Shown piece after piece: positions 57,316 to 64,000 of a stretch of DNA of 64,000 nt; position 1 is the stretch's first letter; every line of letters begins with the position of its first letter. Source of the DNA: a virus (Duplodnaviria > Caudoviricetes); the IMG/VR virus record IMGVR_UViG_3300027707_000013, positions 6,610 to 70,609 of that record; one strand, 5' to 3'. Below the pieces are notes generated by a model. The model did no database searches. It saw only the letters and a program-made list of their open reading frames with translations, and was not told where the DNA came from. The translations under genes were made by a program, and so were the position numbers.

Positions 57316-58626
57316 ATGGCAAAGAGAGTTAAAGAACAATTAGATTACGGGAATAGACCCGAAAGAATGGACCCAAATTTAGAAAGAAAATTGGCTAGTC
57401 CTGAAAATTTATATGCTCAAAATCCTGCCATGAAAAAAGGACCTGAGGATGTACAAAGGTTAGTTAGTAATCGTTTTCAAAAAGTTGCAGAAAAACTAAG
57501 TCAAGTTACAGGTATTGATAATTTAAGTTCTCAACAAACTCAAGGTATGATATACCAAGAGATGATGAGAAAATTACCGTCAATTATGAGAATTGAGGGT
57601 CAACATAGGGAAGAATTAGAAGAACTCGCCAAAGAAGCTGCTTTAGAAGAAACTGAAGTACCTGCGGATTGGTATGAAATTGAGGCATTACTTAATAGAC
57701 AACCTATCAACACAGGTAATTTTAGAATGAAACCTGAAGATGAAGAAGAGGAAGAAGAGGATGAAAACAAAACTCCTGAAATCCCATCGTTTGATGTTGA
57801 AGACTTAACGGATGAAGAAATCCTTGAGTTAGAAAAACACAAAAGAAATATCATCAACGCCATTATTCAAGGAGCTGCGAAGAAAGGACATTACCTTTTT
57901 CAAAAACCTGACATTAAAGCAAGATTAGATGAAATCGACCCATCTCTATACAGAGACTATTTGGGTATCATGGCAATCAACGACTTCCTATATTTTAGTA
58001 TGGAACAGATGATTGAAATGATGAGTCAAACAGGACAAGGAGTCGCTGGTAAAGTTGAATTGAAAGATAACGATGATGAGGGAGAAGAAGGAGAAGAAAA
58101 ACCAGATACAAAAATTGTTGCTGAAGGTATGATTTTCCCAATTTTATGTCACGAAATCATTAAGGGAATTGAAGAAGGTAAGGGAAGACATGGTCTACCT
58201 AAAGACCCTTCATTACGTCAAAAAGTTCAAGGGCAAGTAGATGTTTTATCTAACGAACCAATGCAACTTAGAATAGGCCCTGAAATCGTAGAAAAAATTA
58301 GGTTAGCATTACCTGATGAAATGTACGAAGAATCAAATAAGGGTTTGATAAACTGGTTTCATACTTTACTGTACCAAATACCAGCTCAAGAATTTTTAGA
58401 AGTTATTGGACAAGCTATATCAGAAGACCAATCAAAAGTTAAAAAAGCAACCGCAAGATTTAAGGAGATAATGAAAGAAGCACAACAATTAAAAAGTGAC
58501 TTTGAAGATTATCAAGAAGAAGAAGGTTCGGACTTGGACAACTATGGTGGTGGTGACGATGATGATGACGATGATGATGGTTTAGACGATTTCTTGGGTA
58601 GTTTAGGTATTTCGAGACCTAAATAA
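57316..58626 (+). CDS. hypothetical head-operon protein
   Basis: 436 aa immediately upstream of the terminase. Confidence 0.65.
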   Translation: MAKRVKEQLDYGNRPERMDPNLERKLASPENLYAQNPAMKKGPEDVQRLVSNRFQKVAEKLSQVTGIDNLSSQQTQGMIYQEMMRKLPSIMRIEGQHREELEELAKEAALEETEVPADWYEIEALLNRQPINTGNFRMKPEDEEEEEEDENKTPEIPSFDVEDLTDEEILELEKHKRNIINAIIQGAAKKGHYLFQKPDIKARLDEIDPSLYRDYLGIMAINDFLYFSMEQMIEMMSQTGQGVAGKVELKDNDDEGEEGEEKPDTKIVAEGMIFPILCHEIIKGIEEGKGRHGLPKDPSLRQKVQGQVDVLSNEPMQLRIGPEIVEKIRLALPDEMYEESNKGLINWFHTLLYQIPAQEFLEVIGQAISEDQSKVKKATARFKEIMKEAQQLKSDFEDYQEEEGSDLDNYGGGDDDDDDDDGLDDFLGSLGISRPK

Positions 58627-58636
58627 CCTAACTCTT

Positions 58637-60394
58637 GTGAATAAAGAACAATTAATTATAGAAGTAACGAAGTGTATGAGGAATACTCCTTACGCACTTC
58701 GTACTTATTTACAGACCTACGATAACACCGTATCCAAATACGTTCCGTTAGACTTATTCCCCGACCAAGTTTCCCTTATAGAAGATTACGATAACTACAA
58801 TGAAAATGTTGCCTTGAAATACAGACAGGCAGGGGTTTCAACAGTTACCGCCGCTTGGATATCAAAACGACTAGCCTTCGCCAGAAAAGAAAAACCAGAA
58901 AAAGTTCTGATTATTGCAAACAAATTAGATACTGCAGTAGAGATGGCAAATAAGGTTAGAGGATTTACCGAACAATGGCCTGCATGGGTTGGTGCTGGAT
59001 TCTCACAAGAAAAGAACGCCCAAAGACATTTTAAATTAACTAACGGATGTGAAGTTAAAGCCGTTGCAACATCACGAGATGCACTGAGGGGTTATACTCC
59101 TACCATCCTGATATTTGATGAGGCAGCTTATATTGAAGCCGATGGAGATTTCTGGGCAGCCTGTATGGCATCCCTATCTACAGGGGGTAAAGTAATTGTA
59201 GTTTCAACTCCAAACGGATACGATGCGATTTACTATGAAATCTATGACCAATCTTTGAGAGGTATGAATGATTTTAAAGTTACCGAAATGTTTTGGCATC
59301 GTGACCCACGATATACAAAAGACTTGTATATGGTTAAAACCAATGATTTAGTTCACTTCCTTTTAAACAGAGAAGAATATAATCTTGATGAGGTGGTTAT
59401 TAATCTATCTATTGATAACCCATACGATAGAGACCATTCAATAGTGACTGACTATATTGAACAAGGATACAAACCATGTTCTGCTTGGTTTGAAGGTATG
59501 GTTAAAAAATTAAAATACGATAGACGTAAAGTAGCTCAGGAGTTAGAATGTAACTTTTTGGGTTCAGGTGATAACGTATTCGATTCTGAAATGATGTTAG
59601 ATATATCTAAAAACCAAGTTAAAGACCCAATTGCAAAAATGATGGCTGGAGGTCTTTGGATTTGGAAAGAACCTGTTAACGGACATAAGTACGTTATGGG
59701 TGTCGACGTATCAAGAGGAGACTCCGAGGATTTCTCGTGTGTTCAAATTATTGATTTTGATACAAGGGAACAAGTGTTAGAATACGTCGGTAAGGTACCT
59801 CCTGACATCCTGGCGGAGATTGCCTACAAATGGGGTACAATGTACAACGCGTACTGTGTAGTCGATTTAACGGGAGGTATGGGGGTTGCAACCGCTAGAA
59901 AAATGCAAGAGATGGGATATCAAGCAGGAATGTATGTTGATAACGTTGACACAACAAACAAATGGAAGTTTGACCCAAAGATGAATGAAAAAATACCAGG
60001 TATTAATTTTAACAGTAAAAGGGTTCAAATTATTTCATCGTTTGAAGAATCTATGAGACATAAGTTTAGAATTTATTCAAGTAGACTTTATAACGAAATG
60101 AACACATTTGTTTACATTAACGGTAGACCTGACCACCAAAAAAATCATCACGATGACTGTATCATGAGTATTTCTATGGCAATATATGTTGCAGAGAAAT
60201 CTTTCCAATCTTTAGAGAAGGTGGTAAACCATACTAAAGCTATGTTAAATTCTTGGTCTACAGCAATAAGTGAGAACAAAAATACTTCGGATTACTTTAA
60301 CCCAATGGTTCCACAAATGGGTAGACAGAACCCCATAAATCAAGGTGCGACCCGAGCCGATTACCAAAAATATGGGTGGTTATTTGGCGCGTAA
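58637..60394 (+). CDS. terL: terminase large subunit (T4 gp17-like)
   Basis: KYRQAGVS, LIFDEAAYI, VSTPNG, AQELEC, GVDVSRG, HDDCIMS. Confidence 0.95.
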   Translation: MNKEQLIIEVTKCMRNTPYALRTYLQTYDNTVSKYVPLDLFPDQVSLIEDYDNYNENVALKYRQAGVSTVTAAWISKRLAFARKEKPEKVLIIANKLDTAVEMANKVRGFTEQWPAWVGAGFSQEKNAQRHFKLTNGCEVKAVATSRDALRGYTPTILIFDEAAYIEADGDFWAACMASLSTGGKVIVVSTPNGYDAIYYEIYDQSLRGMNDFKVTEMFWHRDPRYTKDLYMVKTNDLVHFLLNREEYNLDEVVINLSIDNPYDRDHSIVTDYIEQGYKPCSAWFEGMVKKLKYDRRKVAQELECNFLGSGDNVFDSEMMLDISKNQVKDPIAKMMAGGLWIWKEPVNGHKYVMGVDVSRGDSEDFSCVQIIDFDTREQVLEYVGKVPPDILAEIAYKWGTMYNAYCVVDLTGGMGVATARKMQEMGYQAGMYVDNVDTTNKWKFDPKMNEKIPGINFNSKRVQIISSFEESMRHKFRIYSSRLYNEMNTFVYINGRPDHQKNHHDDCIMSISMAIYVAEKSFQSLEKVVNHTKAMLNSWSTAISENKNTSDYFNPMVPQMGRQNPINQGATRADYQKYGWLFGA

Positions 60395-60434
60395 TAACTA
60401 TTTATATTATCAAGGTAATAAGTAAATTTACATT

Positions 60435-62300
60435 ATGGCAGAACAGAATATGACGGTTTGGCAAAGACTGTCGCAAACATTTGGTCCGAACTCACTCTTA
60501 CAACAGGATTATCCAACTTTTAAGTTCGATAAGAAGGAACTTTTGCGCACCAAAAGTAGAGAGGAATACGAGAAGGAAAAACTACAGGCACAACAAACTT
60601 TTTATTTAACAAATCAATGGGCTAAGGTTGAAAACAATCTTTACTCACAAGCGATTTATTATGAACCATCAAGGTTATCTGCACAGTATGATTACGAGTC
60701 AATGGAGTATACTCCTGAGATTTCTGCAGCGTTAGACATCTACGCCGAGGAATCAACAACAACTAATGAAGATGGATTTATTTTACAAATCTATTCTGAG
60801 TCAAAAAGAATAAAAGGGGTATTAGCCGATTTATTTAACAATAACTTAGACATTAACACCAACTTACCAATGTGGACAAGAAACACTTGTAAGTACGGTG
60901 ACAATTTTATTTACTTGAAATTAGACCCTGAGAAAGGAGTGGTTGGTGTACAACAGTTACCAACAATTGAAATCGAAAGACATGAGGTAGGTGCGAGTGG
61001 AAAAATTTCAACAGACATTACAAAAGAATTAGACAAGGATAAAAAAGCCCTTCACTTTAGTTGGAAGAATAAAAACATGGAATTTCAATCATGGGAAATT
61101 GCTCACTTTAGATTATTAGGTGACGATAGAAAACTCCCTTACGGTACTTCTATGTTAGAGAAAGCAAGAAGAATTTGGAAACAATTATTACTATCAGAAG
61201 ATGCGATGTTAATTTACCGTACATCAAGAGCACCTGAAAGAAGAATGTTCAAAGTTTTCGTAGGTAATATGAATGATGATGATGTTGAGGCATACGTACA
61301 ACGTGTTGCCAATAAATTTAAAAGAGAACAAATTGTAGATAATAAAACAGGTAACGTAGATATGAGGTTTAACCAAATGGCGGTTGACCAAGATTATTTT
61401 ATACCTGTTAGAGACCCTGCGGCACCAGACCCAATTACAACATTACCTGGAGCAACAAACTTATCAGAGATTGCGGATATCGAGTATATCCAAAAGAAAT
61501 TATTAACAGCACTTCGTGTACCTAAGGCATTCTTAGGATTTGAAGAAGTTGTTGGTGACGGTAAAAATTTAGCATTACAAGACATTAGATTTGCTCGTAC
61601 AATCAACAGAATCCAAAAAAGTATGTTGGCTGAGTTAAATAAGGTTGCGATTGTTCACCTATTCTTATTAGGATTTGAAGACGAACTTTCAAACTTTACT
61701 TTAGGTCTTACAAACCCATCAACTCAAGCAGATTTATTAAAAATTGATGTTTGGAAAGAAAAAGTATTATTGTATAAAGATTTAGTATCTGACCCAGGAA
61801 ATGGTATTCAAGCAACATCATCTACATGGGCTAAGAAACACATCTTTGGATGGTCTGACGAAGAAGTTCGTTTGGATTTACAACAACAAAGAGTAGAAAG
61901 AGCTGTTGGTGAAGAACTTAAAGCAACTGCAACAGTTATTACTAAAACAGGATTATTTGATAACATAGACAAATTATACGGAAGTGCAACAGGTTCAACA
62001 CCTGCGGCAGGAGCTGCAACAACGCCAGGAGGAACTGAAGAGTTAGGAGCACCACCATCATTTGGAGGGGGAGCTGAACCAGCACCCGACTTAGGAGCTG
62101 AAGTACCACCAGCAGGAGGAGAGGCACCACCACCACCACCAACAGGAGAACCAGAATTAGCTCCTGAATCTAAGAAAAAAGACATGAACATTTTAATTGA
62201 AAGTAACCTAATTGAAGGAGCTCAAATGATAAATTTGGGTCAGGCACAACAATCTTTAGGAGAAATTTCAAAAGAATTGGATAAGTTATTAAATACGTAA
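60435..62300 (+). CDS. portal protein (T4 gp20-like)
   Basis: PEISAALDIY, LPYGTSML, EDAMLIYRTSRAPERR.F, DYFIP, TLPG, ALRVPKAFL, QDIRF. Confidence 0.95.
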   Translation: MAEQNMTVWQRLSQTFGPNSLLQQDYPTFKFDKKELLRTKSREEYEKEKLQAQQTFYLTNQWAKVENNLYSQAIYYEPSRLSAQYDYESMEYTPEISAALDIYAEESTTTNEDGFILQIYSESKRIKGVLADLFNNNLDINTNLPMWTRNTCKYGDNFIYLKLDPEKGVVGVQQLPTIEIERHEVGASGKISTDITKELDKDKKALHFSWKNKNMEFQSWEIAHFRLLGDDRKLPYGTSMLEKARRIWKQLLLSEDAMLIYRTSRAPERRMFKVFVGNMNDDDVEAYVQRVANKFKREQIVDNKTGNVDMRFNQMAVDQDYFIPVRDPAAPDPITTLPGATNLSEIADIEYIQKKLLTALRVPKAFLGFEEVVGDGKNLALQDIRFARTINRIQKSMLAELNKVAIVHLFLLGFEDELSNFTLGLTNPSTQADLLKIDVWKEKVLLYKDLVSDPGNGIQATSSTWAKKHIFGWSDEEVRLDLQQQRVERAVGEELKATATVITKTGLFDNIDKLYGSATGSTPAAGAATTPGGTEELGAPPSFGGGAEPAPDLGAEVPPAGGEAPPPPPTGEPELAPESKKKDMNILIESNLIEGAQMINLGQAQQSLGEISKELDKLLNT

Positions 62301-62322
62301 TATTTATTTGAAAACGAACAAA

Positions 62323-63021
62323 ATGACCTTTGGTAACATCAAATCCCTAATTGAGAACAATCTACTAGAATCCTACAAAGATGAAAAGGATTTCAAGAAG
62401 ACATTGAGAGAATTCAAACACAACGTGTTGAGTAATAAATCTATGTCAAAAGCGTATGCTTTATATGACCAATTGAGTAAACCTCAAGGGTTAAATGAAC
62501 ATGATGCGAAAGAGTTTTTAGAAGAAGGGATATCGTTATTACAAAGAATTTTGCCAACAATTAAATTACCAAAAACAATTTCTGAATCAGTTAAAAATAG
62601 TTATGCCGATATCGATACATTGGTTTACACTCAAAAAACAGATTTAAAGGAAAGAATAAATGCTAAGAAAAATATCATTTCAATTATTACTTTAAAAACT
62701 GAAACAGTTAAAGAATCTATCAATATTCCTATTAAATCTATGGTGAATATTGCAAACCAAACTTTGAGAAATTACCTTGATACTTTAGATGAAAATTCTA
62801 AAAAAGAATTTATTCAAATTGTGTCTGAAGATACGAAAACTCTTGAAACTAAATTTGAGACTATTCGTGAAAGTGCTATCACTAAACTTCAAACAATATT
62901 AGAAAATGAGAAGGAATCTGATATTAAAACAAGAATTTCTGAAACCATCAACCAATTAAAGGATGAAAAATTTGACCAAATGAATTTTTTAAGATTAAAA
63001 AATCTTGAGGAATCAATCTAA
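62323..63021 (+). CDS. hypothetical head-module protein
   Basis: Follows the portal gene; TATTTAT at 62301. Confidence 0.65.
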   Translation: MTFGNIKSLIENNLLESYKDEKDFKKTLREFKHNVLSNKSMSKAYALYDQLSKPQGLNEHDAKEFLEEGISLLQRILPTIKLPKTISESVKNSYADIDTLVYTQKTDLKERINAKKNIISIITLKTETVKESINIPIKSMVNIANQTLRNYLDTLDENSKKEFIQIVSEDTKTLETKFETIRESAITKLQTILENEKESDIKTRISETINQLKDEKFDQMNFLRLKNLEESI

Positions 63022-63204
63022 TAGGTCTTTCTTTTTCTGAATATACTTAGCTTTTAAAATCTGTGTTCTTTTGAGTACAGATTTTTTTGTATATTGTTTT
63101 TTCTCTTTTAACTTTTGAGTTTGTTTGGTCTTAATGACTTTAGATTTTAATGTTTTTAGGGCTATCTCGATATTGTCCCCACTCTTAATGTTTACGATTA
63201 TCAT
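63013..63204 (-). CDS. rpsU: ribosomal protein bS21 homolog
   Basis: IIVNIKSGDNIEIALK.LKSK..K..LKEKKQYTKKSV.KR matches the bS21 pattern; located between portal and prohead genes. Confidence 0.8.
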   Translation of the reverse strand: MIIVNIKSGDNIEIALKTLKSKVIKTKQTQKLKEKKQYTKKSVLKRTQILKAKYIQKKKDLLD

Positions 63205-63286
63205 AATGATTTAAAAATTTTTTGACTATTAGGTATAAATACTCTATTCTTTTATAGAAAATAAACATACATAATCATGAACATTA

Positions 63287-63727
63287 ATGAAAAAAGGAAA
63301 AAGTGTAAAGTTAAATTTATACAATCCAATTAAATCAGTCTACGGAACTGTCGATTCAAAAAACCTAAAATCAGTCTACATAAACATACAATCATGGGTG
63401 ACCCCAAAACAAGAATACGATAATTGGAATAGAGTTGTCTCTAACTTAGGTAGAGAAATTAAACATTCGGTATTCGAATCAATAAACCAAAAATTATTTC
63501 AAGAAAAAAGTATCGTAGATTTAGACCTACGAACGAGTGGAATTTCCCACGGTAAAAAATCTTTCTTTAACTTAGAAATTAATTTATACACCAACTCTGA
63601 AATGGATTTTAAGTCCGTGGAAATCAAAGATTCCATTAAAACTATAGTCAAATCTATATTCAGAAATAACATTCAACAAAACAAATACTTCGAATTTTCA
63701 ACCTCAAAAAAGACAGATGACCAATAA
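63287..63727 (+). CDS. hypothetical protein
   Basis: 146-aa ORF. Confidence 0.6.
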   Translation: MKKGKSVKLNLYNPIKSVYGTVDSKNLKSVYINIQSWVTPKQEYDNWNRVVSNLGREIKHSVFESINQKLFQEKSIVDLDLRTSGISHGKKSFFNLEINLYTNSEMDFKSVEIKDSIKTIVKSIFRNNIQQNKYFEFSTSKKTDDQ

Positions 63728-63763
63728 ACTATCGAGAACGGTATATTTATCTTAAAAGATTAG

Positions 63764-64000
63764 ATGAAAAATTTAAGAATATTAGAGGCAAGCGAATTAG
63801 GTCACGGTATCTTAGTCGAGGCTGACGCGGGTTGGGTATCACCTAAAGATTCTCGTAATGAAAAAATGTTGAGAGAAGCTAAAGATATGGACTATAGAAA
63901 TCCATTTGAGTTTTATGCTGTTTTACAAAAATACGATACTCCAAATAGAAACGGTAGAACTTATCCTGAAAGAATTCTTAAAAGAGAAGCCGAAAATTAT
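63764..64000 (+). CDS. prohead core protease (T4 gp21-like), truncated by the window end
   Basis: Manual translation: MKNLRILE...VLQKYDTPNRNGRTYPERILKREAENY. Confidence 0.85.
   Translation, partial: MKNLRILEASELGHGILVEADAGWVSPKDSRNEKMLREAKDMDYRNPFEFYAVLQKYDTPNRNGRTYPERILKREAENY

Noticed and set aside
1691-62191. Many short antisense or alternate-frame ORFs nested in long genes (for example 1691, 7269, 15629, 21512, 51073, 55121, 61808)
   Set aside because: They lie fully within well-supported genes and have no motifs or independent expression signals.
1-64000. Stop-codon reassignment
   Set aside because: Core genes are intact in the standard code and no CTA, TCA or TTA suppressor anticodon was found.
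1-64000. CRISPR array or IS/transposase
   Set aside because: No regularly spaced repeat-spacer array and no transposase or integrase motifs were seen.

Overview
A 64-kb segment of a large, AT-rich, T4-like (jumbo) phage read in the standard genetic code. The host is most likely a Bacteroidota bacterium, judged from TAnnTTTG promoters, Bacteroidota-type lipoprotein signals and a Bacteroidota-like bS21. The right end holds the head module: terminase large subunit, gp20-like portal, bS21 and the start of a gp21-like prohead protease. The rest carries a GH19 endolysin, M23/M15 hydrolases, ThyA, an Rnl1/kinase/phosphoesterase RNA-repair set, ClpP, an N-truncated ClpC-like ATPase, two carbamoyltransferases, four 2OG-Fe(II) oxygenases, glycosyltransferases, a tmRNA and 24 tRNA genes covering all 20 amino acids. 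The main discovery is in the tRNA region. The tRNAs form three clusters, and each is preceded by a 22-33 codon leader ORF (absent from the ORF track) and an intrinsic terminator. Each leader is built from codons read by the tRNAs of its own cluster: T/N/D/P/G/A; Leu plus Arg-AGA; and the other 13 amino acids with Arg as CGY. Each also carries a GTTC(A/G)G antiterminator that covaries with the terminator 5' arm. This looks like ribosome-sensed attenuation of phage tRNA operons, which would switch on the tRNAs that have been depleted. Also present are several unexplained structured RNAs (a 169-nt tRNA-Asp mimic, a covarying tandem motif, pseudoknotted inter-tRNA spacers), a tmRNA with a non-AA tag, and an annexin-repeat/peptidoglycan-binding protein. 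All calls come from reading the sequence; no database searches or folding programs were run.
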